A stretch of 64,000 nucleotides of DNA from Bacteroidota bacterium. Lineage in GTDB: Bacteria > Bacteroidota > Bacteroidia > AKYH767-A > OLB10. Where the stretch lies: the NCBI GenBank assembly GCA_025352785.1, contig JANXSD010000157.1, positions 4,010-68,009 of the forward strand, given 5' to 3'. Below, piece by piece: positions 10,581 to 20,661 of the stretch. A program made the position numbers and the translations under genes. The stretch's first letter is position 1. Each line of letters opens with the position of its first letter. The notes beneath the pieces are model-generated. The model was not told the origin of the DNA. It did not search any database and saw only the letters and a list, made by a program, of their open reading frames with translations.

Positions 10581-10614
10581 AAAAAAAATTCCGAAGTTAT
10601 AAACTTCGGAATTT
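10581..10614 (-). terminator. Intrinsic terminator after rpsU
   Basis: AAATTCCGAAGTT-ATA-AACTTCGGAATTT stem followed by a U run on the - strand. Confidence 0.75.
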
Positions 10615-10632
10615 AATAAGTATTAAGAACAA

Positions 10633-10827
10633 TTAACCTAAAATCTGAGATGTTAAATGATTCTTGTAGATTGCTTTTTTAATCGTAGTGCGACGAGAAA
10701 TAGAAGGTTTTTCAAATGCCTGACGTGCACGTAATTGCTTGATAATGCCTGTTTTCTCGAATTTCTTCTTGAATTTCTTAAGCGCTTTATCGATTGTTTC
10801 GTTTTCTTTAAGTGGTACAATAATCAT
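10633..10827 (-). CDS. rpsU: 30S ribosomal protein bS21
   Basis: MIIVPLKENETIDKALKKFKKKFEKTG...FEKPS...AIY54. ATG at 10827; the ORF-track TTG start lies inside the promoter. Confidence 0.96.
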   Translation of the reverse strand: MIIVPLKENETIDKALKKFKKKFEKTGIIKQLRARQAFEKPSISRRTTIKKAIYKNHLTSQILG

Positions 10828-10851
10828 GTGAAAGATTTTTCTTTGGGATGG

Positions 10852-10881
10852 CAAATTTACAATTCTTTTTTATTTATCCAA
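10852..10881 (-). promoter_or_regulatory. Sigma-A promoter of rpsU
   Basis: TAAATTTG at 10859-10852 with TTG about 19 bp upstream. Confidence 0.7.
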
Positions 10882-11081
10882 CATCTTTACCTAATATTTA
10901 CTCATTTGGTTATCAAATTCTTAAAATTATCTACAATTCCCCATGTTTCCTGTACTATAAATACTTGTTCGCAGAGATGTTGTTTTCTTGTAAAATGAAG
11001 GCATCTAAATTTTAATATAAAGTTGTTTACCTATATTTCAATATCACAAAACATACTCAATTCAACATCTTTTTTCCCCGT

Positions 11082-11481
11082 TTGGGCACTTTAGTATATT
11101 TTGATATTTTCTATTATCCTATTTGTGAGGATGAGATAGTAAGATATTGCCATCATGAACCTCTTAACTAAATTGAAATTCGTCTTATAATTCATGTACT
11201 TATTAAAGAAGTTCTTTTTTAAATTAGGTGATAATTATATCCTTGTATCTAGGGAAGAGAAAGAGCAATTAAGAGCAATTCACAAATGGCAAAATGCAAG
11301 AGCGTAAGCGAAATTAACAAGTTAATTCCCGTTTGTGCGAAGTGTTTGGTTATCATGTTCTCTTCGTAACGATTTTATGGATGAGAACTGTGATATAGAT
11401 TACTTTATAATTACCAAAGCAAAACGCTAATAGATTTCAAGAGAATTTTTGATTTTATTTAAAAAAATATTTCTTCGTAAC
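11082..11481 (+). pseudogene. Degraded nucleotidyltransferase-domain gene
   Basis: Manual translation: LGTLVYFDIFYYPICEDEI...(stop; frameshift near 11215)...AKLTS*FPFVRSVWLSCSLRNDFMDENCDIDYFIITKAKR**ISREFLILFKKIFL. This matches the pol-beta NTase pattern FPFVR...SGSL...SDIDFFIIT. Confidence 0.7.
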
Positions 11482-11650
11482 AAAATTCAAATTGTTGGTA
11501 GCAGTTCCGAATGATATCGAAATAACAGAATTATAAGATTTGCAAAATTAACTGATCTGTTTGTAATCCTGCAGGAATTTTAATTCGCAACATAGTGGTT
11601 CCTTCGAATAATTTTTATTATTTTTATTGGCATAATAGCCCAATGAGAAC

Positions 11651-14539
11651 TCAATTATATTGAAACAAACTTTTTAACTCTTCCACTGTTGTTCTGTAAT
11701 CATTTGTTAATTGCATCGCTAATTCTTTTAGTCCTGATAATTCTAAATTACGACCTTTGTTTTCGATTGCACGACAGGTATTACCAAGACGTTTAGCTCC
11801 TATATTTAAACTTGTTCCTTTTAATTTATGTGCAGCTTGCCACATCTTTGAATAATTACCTTGCTCGAGAGAAGATTCAATATCACTAATACTTTTTGGA
11901 GCTTGTGCAATAAACATATCGAGCACTTGCAATAAAAATCCTGGATCTGTATGTTTACCAATATCCATCAATCTATTGATCGCAACTTGATCCATCAATG
12001 TATCTTCTTTTTCTTCAACAATAATTTGTTTGTTTTTCATATCTCCAGAATTAGTATTTTCAATATTTATTCCAGCCCATTTACGTAGCATTCGTTCAAG
12101 ATCCTGTAAGGTGATTGGCTTAGAAACGTAATCATCCATACCTTCAACGAGGCACATTTCTCTATCTTCAGGAGAAGCAAATGCCGTCATTGCAATAATT
12201 ACAGGTTGATGTCCTGATGGGATTTGTTCACGTATTGCACGTGTAGCTTCTAATCCATCCATTTCAGGCATTTGTACATCCATAAATACAATGTCGTAAC
12301 GTGTACGTTTCACTGCATTTAATGCTTCCAGACCGTTTGCTACAGCTGCGATAGTATATCCAAGTCGCGCAAATAATTTAGATGCTAGTAAACGATTTAT
12401 GTCATTATCTTCTGCAAGTAAAATGGAAGCAGCATAATTCTCCGACATTTTTTCTGCTGGAAATAAAATTCGTGGAGCAACCTTTACTTCGATGACTTCA
12501 TGTTCCGAATGTTTTACTTTAATTGTAAAGAAAAAAGTACTGCCTTTATCTTGTTGGCTCTCAACCCATATTTGGCCTCCCATTAAAGTTACCAATGTTT
12601 TGCAAATTGTAAGACCTAACCCTGTGCCACCATACTTGCGATAAGTAGACGGATCGGCCTGTGTAAAGGCATCAAATAATTTAGCAGCTTGCTTGGAAGG
12701 AATACCTGCGCCTGTGTCTTTTACTTCAAATTGAAGTTCGAGATTTTCGGATTCTTCATGAATAATTTTTATGCTTACGGTGATTCCTCCATGCTCCGTA
12801 AATTTCAATGCATTACCAACGAGGTTCATTAAGATTTGTCGCAATCGTGCTTTATCACCAATAACGGTTGATGGCAAATCTAAGTCTGCTATGTATTCTA
12901 GTTTAAGATTTTTCTCTAATGCTTTTCCTGATAATATCGTTAGTGTTTCTGTAACTACCGATTTCAATTCGAAGGGAGCGGATTCCAATTGCATACGGTC
13001 AGCTTCCATCTTTGAAAAATCAAGAATGTCGGAGATAACTTGTAAAAGTGATTCACCGCTCAGTCGGATAATATCTACAAATTCCTTTTGTTGTACATCA
13101 AGTGAAGTGCTATTAAGTAATTCAGAAATTCCAATTAAGCCATTGAGTGGTGTACGAATTTCATGGCTCATTACTGCAAGAAATTCCGACTTTGCTAACG
13201 TTGCTTTTTCTGCTTTCTCTTTTGCAATTCTTAGTTCTTCTTCTTGATGAATTCTATCAGTTATATTGCGCGAATAATAACTAGCTCCTGTAACTAATTG
13301 TTGATCGTTAATTACAGGATACAATAAAATTTCATGCACTTCTTCGCCATCAATACCTGCACTTATTTCCCGATAATTTATCGTCTGACCTTGTAAAACT
13401 TTTTGCAAACGTTCTTTCCATTGTATTCTAGCTTCTGTGGGAAGAGCTGAACCGAAATCTTCTCCTGCAATTAATTCTCTACCAATTCGCGCAGAAATTA
13501 ATTGCTGAAAGCGATGATTAATAACAGTAATTCTATCAAGTGCATCTACAGAAAAAATTGCTTCTGCAGTATTTTGCACTAATGCATATAAATTATTTCG
13601 TGATTGCTTTAATGATTCTTGTTCTTGTCGTGCTTTACTATTATCGATTGCAGTTATCACTACTGCTTTACGTGATGGCAAGCTTGCTGCTAATAATTCT
13701 AACGTTGCAGATTGGCGATCTTTACGTAAGATTCTACGCTCAGTACGCGCAACTCGATAGGTTCCTTCTGATAAAGTTTTAAACCATTGATCGTGTTGAA
13801 ATGCTTCAGAAGTATGAATGATAGTTTCGAAGCCGAGTTCTTTTAATTCTGAAATATCATAACCCGTTAATTCTGCAAAGGCATCACTTATCTCCAAAAA
13901 TTTTTGTTCGAAATCTATTACTGCTACTGCATCCGTAACAACAGGAATTAATCCGGAAGGTACTGGAGCGATTGGGTTAGCTTTTTGATTTGTAAATTCA
14001 TTTATTGATTCCTCCACTTGCGAGTGAATTTCTACAATAGGAATTTCTTTGTTACTCTTTTGAATTTGAGGAAGTGAATTGATGGTAATGTTATCCGTGG
14101 GATCAGCAAACCTGCAAAATAAATTGCCCTCATACATTCTACTGATAGAAACATTTACCGCGAACACTCTTCCTTGTAAGCTTCTACAATCTAAAAGTTT
14201 ATTCGTGAACGTATTATTATCAACTGCATTGAGCAATAAACTTACTTCGTCGTCTTCAAGTTTCTCTCGAAAAAGTTGATTGAAATGAAGTTCGTTAACA
14301 AAGCTCTTGCGATATAATCCAAAAAGATTAAGTGCTTTTTGATTTGCCTCAATTGCATGAAGTGAAATTCCATCTATAATAATCCATGCTTCTGGTTGTT
14401 GTTCGAAGAGTGTTTCAAATGATTGCTCCTTACTAATTAATTGCTTTGATTTGTATAGACGGATATAAAGTACGATTACTCCAAGCAGCAGTAGCAGCAA
14501 CAAGGAAATTAAAGGTAATAGCACCATTGACGAGATCAT
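11651..14539 (-). CDS. Hybrid sensor histidine kinase (TM-PAS-PAS-PAS-HisKA-HATPase-REC-Hpt)
   Basis: SHEIRTPLNG, NLVGNALKFT, DTGAG, GGTGLGL, FMDVQMPEMDG, AHKLKGTS. Confidence 0.95.
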   Translation of the reverse strand: MISSMVLLPLISLLLLLLLGVIVLYIRLYKSKQLISKEQSFETLFEQQPEAWIIIDGISLHAIEANQKALNLFGLYRKSFVNELHFNQLFREKLEDDEVSLLLNAVDNNTFTNKLLDCRSLQGRVFAVNVSISRMYEGNLFCRFADPTDNITINSLPQIQKSNKEIPIVEIHSQVEESINEFTNQKANPIAPVPSGLIPVVTDAVAVIDFEQKFLEISDAFAELTGYDISELKELGFETIIHTSEAFQHDQWFKTLSEGTYRVARTERRILRKDRQSATLELLAASLPSRKAVVITAIDNSKARQEQESLKQSRNNLYALVQNTAEAIFSVDALDRITVINHRFQQLISARIGRELIAGEDFGSALPTEARIQWKERLQKVLQGQTINYREISAGIDGEEVHEILLYPVINDQQLVTGASYYSRNITDRIHQEEELRIAKEKAEKATLAKSEFLAVMSHEIRTPLNGLIGISELLNSTSLDVQQKEFVDIIRLSGESLLQVISDILDFSKMEADRMQLESAPFELKSVVTETLTILSGKALEKNLKLEYIADLDLPSTVIGDKARLRQILMNLVGNALKFTEHGGITVSIKIIHEESENLELQFEVKDTGAGIPSKQAAKLFDAFTQADPSTYRKYGGTGLGLTICKTLVTLMGGQIWVESQQDKGSTFFFTIKVKHSEHEVIEVKVAPRILFPAEKMSENYAASILLAEDNDINRLLASKLFARLGYTIAAVANGLEALNAVKRTRYDIVFMDVQMPEMDGLEATRAIREQIPSGHQPVIIAMTAFASPEDREMCLVEGMDDYVSKPITLQDLERMLRKWAGINIENTNSGDMKNKQIIVEEKEDTLMDQVAINRLMDIGKHTDPGFLLQVLDMFIAQAPKSISDIESSLEQGNYSKMWQAAHKLKGTSLNIGAKRLGNTCRAIENKGRNLELSGLKELAMQLTNDYRTTVEELKSLFQYN

Positions 14540-14609
14540 TGCAATAGATTAACAGGAAGCAAGGGCTCCTATCCATATTCTTATTCGTAAAAATGCAAAA
14601 AAAGTTGCA

Positions 14610-16337
14610 TTAACTCACCTTTTCTAGCTCACCTTTTACAAAATCACATAACTCTTTAACATAACCTGCTGAGAAATCGAATCGTACACCTGCGGTTTGA
14701 TAAATATCACCGATAGAACGTGTATACCCTAATCGTAAGGCATCTAAATATTGTTCTAATGATTTTTTACGATCTAGGTGGAAATTTCGCCAGACTGCAA
14801 TTGCTCCCAATTGAGCGAATCCGTATTCAATATAGTAAAACGGCACTTCAAAAATATGTAATTGCTTTTGCCAAAGATTCGACTTCGCATCTTCCATTCC
14901 ATCCCAATTCACAACATTTCCCGTAAAACGATTATAAGTATCCGACCAAGCTTGTCGTCTCTCATTGGCCGTTTGATCTGGATGAAGATAAATCCAATGT
15001 TGAAAAGCATCAACTGCAGCAATCCATGGCAATCCTTTTAAAACGTCTTGCAAATGCTTTTTGCGAGCACGTGCAAAATCTTCAGGGTTAGTGAAAAAAT
15101 CATCCCAGTGTTCCATTGAAAGTAATTCCATCGACATGGAAGCTAACTCTGCAACTTCACTTGGTAAATTTTTATAATCTACTAGCTCTAGTTGTTTATC
15201 TACAATTGAATGCACTGCATGTCCACCTTCGTGAACTATGGTTACTAAATCACGTAATGAATTTGTTGAATTCATAAAGATAAAAGGCATTCCAGTTTCA
15301 TATAAGGGATAGTTATATCCACCAGGAGCTTTGCCAATTCGAGAATCTAAATCAAGACGTTTTGCATCTTGCATAGCAAGCATACAATCTCCTAAAAACG
15401 GATCCAACTTCATAAAACAAGAAATTGTTTTCTTCATTAAATCATTAGCGTTTTCTGAAGGGCGAAGTGGTGCTTGCCCTATAGGTTCTGCAGACAAATC
15501 CCATGGTCGCAAGGTATCGAGACCTAAAGAATCCTTCTGATTTTTTTCGATAAAATTTACTAGTGGAACAACTTCCTTCGCTACTGCATCATGAAATTTA
15601 AAACAATCATCTGCATCATAATCAAACCGACCAAGGTTAGCAAACATGTAATCACGAAAATTCTTAAATCCTGCATTTAATGCAATTTTATTACGGAGTT
15701 TTAGCAACTCATTAAATAAATCATCTAACTTATCTCTGTCTTGTAAACGACGTTTTAAAATTTTGCGATATACCTCTTCTCGTTTAGCACGATCATCTTG
15801 CTCTAAAAAATTAGATGCTTGTTGGAGCGTTAACTCTTTTCCATCCACTTCAACGGTCATAGAACCATTTATAGCTGCGTACTCTTGTTCCTTCGTTTGA
15901 ACTTCTGCAATTAAGGGAACATTTTCTTCGCGAAAAATTTCGACGCGCATACGAATTTGGCGGACAACAATATCAATACGTGAATCATCTAATTTACCAA
16001 GAAAAGGAGATTTTAATAGTTTTAAATCCAATGCATTACTTTGAGGAGAAATGAGCGGTTGAATTTCATTTACGAAAAGGATAAATGCATTTGCGTACTC
16101 TTCGTTTGCCGTATCGCAACTTCTTTTGATATATCGCCATCCTAAATCTTCCTCAAGAACTGCTTCCAATTCACTTCGGTCTATCAGCCACTTTTTCAAG
16201 TCGGCGGCAGAGGATAATTCTCTTTCCAATAATTCTTTAAAAAACACTTCTATATCCTTCCATGAAGTAATGACAAGTTGTGAAGGCAGGTATTGCCTTA
16301 AATTAGGAGTGAGCATCTCTTCTGCCTTTGCTAACAT
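14610..16337 (-). CDS. M3 family oligoendopeptidase (PepF-like)
   Basis: HEGGH zinc motif, EVAELASM, HIFEVPFYYIEY. Confidence 0.93.
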   Translation of the reverse strand: MLAKAEEMLTPNLRQYLPSQLVITSWKDIEVFFKELLERELSSAADLKKWLIDRSELEAVLEEDLGWRYIKRSCDTANEEYANAFILFVNEIQPLISPQSNALDLKLLKSPFLGKLDDSRIDIVVRQIRMRVEIFREENVPLIAEVQTKEQEYAAINGSMTVEVDGKELTLQQASNFLEQDDRAKREEVYRKILKRRLQDRDKLDDLFNELLKLRNKIALNAGFKNFRDYMFANLGRFDYDADDCFKFHDAVAKEVVPLVNFIEKNQKDSLGLDTLRPWDLSAEPIGQAPLRPSENANDLMKKTISCFMKLDPFLGDCMLAMQDAKRLDLDSRIGKAPGGYNYPLYETGMPFIFMNSTNSLRDLVTIVHEGGHAVHSIVDKQLELVDYKNLPSEVAELASMSMELLSMEHWDDFFTNPEDFARARKKHLQDVLKGLPWIAAVDAFQHWIYLHPDQTANERRQAWSDTYNRFTGNVVNWDGMEDAKSNLWQKQLHIFEVPFYYIEYGFAQLGAIAVWRNFHLDRKKSLEQYLDALRLGYTRSIGDIYQTAGVRFDFSAGYVKELCDFVKGELEKVS

Positions 16338-16414
16338 ATTTTGAAACTAATTTTCATTCTTAAAATTAACCAATTATTTGCTGCAACAGAAAGGAGAAAA
16401 TTTGAATACTTGAA

Positions 16415-17026
16415 TTATTCGGCACTTTTTGTTGACTTACGCGCAGTTTTTTTTGCTGCTTTTGGAGCATCATCAGCAACTGCTTCTATTGGGTTATCTG
16501 CTTTTTTCTTTCTAGCAACTTTTTTAGCAGAAGTTTCCTCTGCATCAATAGTAGTAGCTTCTGGAACTTCTGCTTTAGCTTTTGCTTTCTTCTTAGGAGT
16601 TTCATCAGAAATTATTTCAGCTTCTTCTACCTCTACTTCGGCCTTTTCGAAACTTACATTATCTTTCAAAAGGCTATACCAAGAAAACATTTTGCGGATA
16701 TCAGAAACGTGAACTCTCTCCTCATCGAACTCAGGTAATACCTTTTTCAATGTTGATTTTAACTCCGCAGGATCAGCTTTTGCAGATACAGATGATGCAA
16801 CGGTATCATTATTTTTCATCTTTAAGAAGACCTCTTCTAAAGGAATGTCATCTTCCATAGTGTAAACACTGATATCTTTCAACATTATAATCCTTTGCAT
16901 TGCTGATACTGGTAAGCGTTTACCATCAGACATTCCTTCCACCACAAATCCGCCATTACGCATCTGGGCAACCATCTTAAATAATCCAGGCATTCCCGGA
17001 ATCGAAATAATTTTATCGAAGCTCAT
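16415..17026 (-). CDS. DUF5606-family protein with a K/A/E-rich tail
   Basis: IISIPGMPGLFK...DEERVHVSDIRKMFSWY; low-complexity C-terminus; TAATTTTG -7 box at 17057-17050. Confidence 0.75.
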   Translation of the reverse strand: MSFDKIISIPGMPGLFKMVAQMRNGGFVVEGMSDGKRLPVSAMQRIIMLKDISVYTMEDDIPLEEVFLKMKNNDTVASSVSAKADPAELKSTLKKVLPEFDEERVHVSDIRKMFSWYSLLKDNVSFEKAEVEVEEAEIISDETPKKKAKAKAEVPEATTIDAEETSAKKVARKKKADNPIEAVADDAPKAAKKTARKSTKSAE

Positions 17027-17273
17027 ATTTTTTCATTGAAATTCAGCCACAAAATTAGAAGATTATGGTTAATAAGACATATTTTTTTTAAGATTCGTCT
17101 TAAAACCATTTATAAATTGACGGATGATGTGTATTCTATCCAGTTTATTCAACCTTATTTGTAGATGCTGCTCATTTTCCGTTTAAATTTAGATATTTGT
17201 AAAAATCCGCTTTTATCTAATATGATCTTTGTATTAGAAGTATGTATGGCCTTTAAAATCAATTAAACAATTT

Positions 17274-19676
17274 ATGCGTAAAATACGTAATGTAGCTGTT
17301 TTAGGATCTGGGATTATGGGATCTCGAATTGCTTTTCATTTTGCAAATATTGGTGTTCATGTTTTGTTGTTAGATATTGCGCCACGTGAATTATTACCAG
17401 AAGAACAAGCTAAAGGATTGACTTTAGATCATCCAATAGTAAAAAATAGAATTGTTAATGCAGCATTTCAAAGTACATTAAAAGCGAATCCATCGTCTCT
17501 CTATAAAAAGAGTTTTGTGAATAGAATTACTGTAGGCAATTTTACGGATAACATGAAAGATATTTCTAACAGCGACTGGATCATCGAAGTTGTCGTTGAA
17601 AATCTGGATATCAAGAAAAAAGTTTTTGAGCAAGTAGAACACTATAGAAATTCAGGTTCAATAATAACGAGTAATACTTCGGGGATTCCAATCCATTTAA
17701 TGAGTGAAGGACGTAGTGACGATTTCCGGAAAAACTTCTGTGGCACTCACTTTTTTAATCCTCCGCGTTATTTGCGTTTATTAGAAATCATCCCTGGACC
17801 AGAAACCTCTAAAGATGTATTGGATTTCTTGATGCATTATGGAGATCTTTTTCTGGGAAAGACTACTGTTTTATGTAAAGATACTCCTGCTTTTATTGCA
17901 AATAGAATTGGAGTATATGGTATGATGGTCATCTTTAACATCGTTGAAAAGATGGGATTGACAGTTGAAGATGTTGATAAATTGACAGGTCCAGTATTAG
18001 GAAGACCCAAATCAGCAACTTTCCGTACAGGTGATGTTGTTGGATTAGATACGTTAGTTCATGTAGCCGAAGGAGTTTATCAGAATTGCCCTCAGGATTC
18101 ACAACGTGATTTATTTAAGCTCCCGTCATACATCCAAAAAATGGTGGCTAATAAATGGTTTGGCGATAAAACAAAACAAGGATTTTATAAGAAAGTAAAG
18201 AATGATGCTGGTAAATCTGAGATTTTATCCTTGGATTTAAAGACATTAGAATATAAAGCACAAACTAAAACGAAGTTTGCAACATTAGAGCTTACCAAAA
18301 CAGTTGATGATGTACGTGAGCGAATGAAAATTTTCATTGCTGGGAAAGATCTTGCTGGTGATTTTTATAGAGCTTCTTTTTATGGTCTTTTTCGATATGT
18401 TTCAGAGCGAATTCCGGAGATAGCAGATGAAGTTTATCGAATTGATTCGGCGATGGAAGCTGGGTTTGGATGGGAAATTGGTCCATTCGAAAGCTGGGAT
18501 GTTTTAGGCGTTGAAGTATCTGCGAAAGCGATGGAAGCCGTAGGGCTAAAACCCGCTGCTTGGGTGTATGAAATGTTAGTCACTGGATGTACTTCGTTCT
18601 ATAAAAATGAAAATGGAATCAGGTTTTTTTATGATATTCCTACAAAAGCATACAAGGCAATTCCAGGACAAGAAAATTATATTTTACTTCATCCGCTAAG
18701 GAAAACGAAAACGGTTTGGAGTAATAGTGGCACAAGCATTATCGATATTGGTGATGGAATACTTTGTTGTGAATTTCATACCAAAATGAACACGATTGGA
18801 GGTGAGGTGGTTCAGGGTGTAAATAAAGCAATTGAGCTGGCTGAAGAGAATTTTAGAGGATTAGTAATTAGCAATGATGGACAAAATTTTTCGGCTGGGG
18901 CTAATCTTGCTTTGGTATTTATGATGGCCATTGAACAAGAGTGGGACGAGGTGGATATGGCTATTCGGGCATTTCAAAATATGAATATGCGTGTAAGGTA
19001 TTCTTCAATTCCTGTCGTTGTTGCTCCATTTGCACTAGCTTTAGGCGGTGGATGTGAGATGTCATTACATGCTGATAAGGTTCAGGCACATGCCGAGACC
19101 TATATTGGAATGGTAGAATTTGGTGTTGGATTAATTCCTGGAGGCGGTGGAACAAAAGAATTTGCTTTACGTTTTGCTGATTCAATACAAGAAGGAGATA
19201 TTGAACTCAACCTATTGAAAGAAAGATTTCTTACTATTGGGCAAGCAAAAGTGTCTACTTCGGCAGAAGAAGCCTTTGATTTAGGAATATTAAGACATGG
19301 AATTGACGCAATTAGCTTGAATAGAAATAGATTACTTGCTGATGCAAAACGTTCGGCCATTGAAATTGCTGATGCAGGATATACGAAACCTAATCCTAGA
19401 AAAGATATTAGAGTGTTAGGAAGAGCTGGGTTAGGGATGGTATATGCTGGAGCAAATACCATGTTTAGTGGACATTATATAAGTGAACATGATAAATTAA
19501 TCTCAGAAAAGCTTGGATATGTGTTATGTGGCGGAGATCTTTCTGCCCCTACACTTGTTTCAGAACAATACTTACTCGATCTTGAGCGACAGGAATTCCT
19601 GTCACTTTGTGGTGAGAAAAAGACTTTAGAAAGAATTCAGTCTATTTTGACCACCGGAAAAGCATTGAGGAATTAA
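17274..19676 (+). CDS. fadN: 3-hydroxyacyl-CoA dehydrogenase/enoyl-CoA hydratase (FadN type)
   Basis: GSGIMG Rossmann motif, SNTSGIPI, HFFNPPRY, C-terminal crotonase ALGGGCE. Confidence 0.93.
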   Translation: MRKIRNVAVLGSGIMGSRIAFHFANIGVHVLLLDIAPRELLPEEQAKGLTLDHPIVKNRIVNAAFQSTLKANPSSLYKKSFVNRITVGNFTDNMKDISNSDWIIEVVVENLDIKKKVFEQVEHYRNSGSIITSNTSGIPIHLMSEGRSDDFRKNFCGTHFFNPPRYLRLLEIIPGPETSKDVLDFLMHYGDLFLGKTTVLCKDTPAFIANRIGVYGMMVIFNIVEKMGLTVEDVDKLTGPVLGRPKSATFRTGDVVGLDTLVHVAEGVYQNCPQDSQRDLFKLPSYIQKMVANKWFGDKTKQGFYKKVKNDAGKSEILSLDLKTLEYKAQTKTKFATLELTKTVDDVRERMKIFIAGKDLAGDFYRASFYGLFRYVSERIPEIADEVYRIDSAMEAGFGWEIGPFESWDVLGVEVSAKAMEAVGLKPAAWVYEMLVTGCTSFYKNENGIRFFYDIPTKAYKAIPGQENYILLHPLRKTKTVWSNSGTSIIDIGDGILCCEFHTKMNTIGGEVVQGVNKAIELAEENFRGLVISNDGQNFSAGANLALVFMMAIEQEWDEVDMAIRAFQNMNMRVRYSSIPVVVAPFALALGGGCEMSLHADKVQAHAETYIGMVEFGVGLIPGGGGTKEFALRFADSIQEGDIELNLLKERFLTIGQAKVSTSAEEAFDLGILRHGIDAISLNRNRLLADAKRSAIEIADAGYTKPNPRKDIRVLGRAGLGMVYAGANTMFSGHYISEHDKLISEKLGYVLCGGDLSAPTLVSEQYLLDLERQEFLSLCGEKKTLERIQSILTTGKALRN

Positions 19677-19719
19677 ATTAGTTACTAATTTTAGCCGCAT
19701 CGAAAACCCCCCATATGGT

Positions 19720-20400
19720 ATGAATCGATTACGATTATTGATATTATTCTTATTTGCAATGCCTTTGTTAAGTCAGGCGCAATCTGAAGACAAGCCGAAG
19801 TATGCTCCAGGAAAGGAGAAACATCGCAACAAAACTGATGAGCTAGGACAGAAACAAGGTCCTTGGCGCACTTACAACTCACTTGGCGATTTAATTAGCG
19901 AAGTGGAGTTTGTGAATGATGTTCGTCATGGTAAAAGCACTCGATATTATCCTTATGGAAAAGTAATGGAAGAGCAAGATTACCAAAATGGTATTAAAGA
20001 AGGATCTTACAAAAGATATTATTACTCTGGGCAAGTAAAGCAAGAAGGGGAATATATTGCGGGTAAGAAAGAAGGGAAATGGATTCGTTACTATGAAGAT
20101 GGCGAAGCTGCATCTGAAGGATATTATAAAAATAATAAGCGTGACGGCGAATGGAAGTCGATGAGCCGAAAGGGTCAGATAACTGGCATTGCATCCTATA
20201 AAGATGGAGTAGACATGAAAGCTGCTGCTGATGACGCCAAGAAAACCGATGCGGCCAAGAAAGCTGGTTTAAAGAAAAGCAATCCCGACAAAGGTGCTCC
20301 TGGTGCAAAACCTGGATCGGCGGTTCCTGGAGGAACTCCACCCGCTGCTGGTGGTATCCCACCTGCTCCTGCTCCTCCAGATACTAGCAAAAAGAAATAA
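19720..20400 (+). CDS. Exported MORN-variant repeat (YwqK-like) protein with a Pro/Gly/Ala-rich tail
   Basis: Signal peptide ending SQA-Q; repeated G-x-W/Y-x-x-YY-x-x-G...EG-x-Y-x-x-G-KK-x-G units. Confidence 0.8.
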   Translation: MNRLRLLILFLFAMPLLSQAQSEDKPKYAPGKEKHRNKTDELGQKQGPWRTYNSLGDLISEVEFVNDVRHGKSTRYYPYGKVMEEQDYQNGIKEGSYKRYYYSGQVKQEGEYIAGKKEGKWIRYYEDGEAASEGYYKNNKRDGEWKSMSRKGQITGIASYKDGVDMKAAADDAKKTDAAKKAGLKKSNPDKGAPGAKPGSAVPGGTPPAAGGIPPAPAPPDTSKKK

Positions 20401-20434
20401 AATAAAAAGCCTCGATTGTCGAGGCTTTTTATTT
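20401..20434 (+). terminator. Intrinsic terminator
   Basis: AAAAAGCCTCGA-TTG-TCGAGGCTTTTT. Confidence 0.8.
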
Positions 20435-20661
20435 ATGTGGCGATTTATTAAAAATGCTATAATGACTTTAATTATGATTATATCGTTAAATGTGCTATCT
20501 CAAATTAAATATTGATTCTGGTTTTTTTATAGTTTAATTTAGGTTGTAAAAGTTTAGAAAATTTCAATTAAAAAAATTACAGGATTCAATATTTTGTAAT
20601 TTCGCCCCATAAGAATTCTCAAAGGAATACTTTTTTATTGATTATAATTAATATCAAAAAG

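Noticed and set aside
16341-16712. 123-aa + strand ORF
   Set aside because: Antisense to the low-complexity DUF5606 tail.
19720-20400. Toxin-antitoxin module
   Set aside because: The YwqK-like protein has a signal peptide and no neighbouring toxin.
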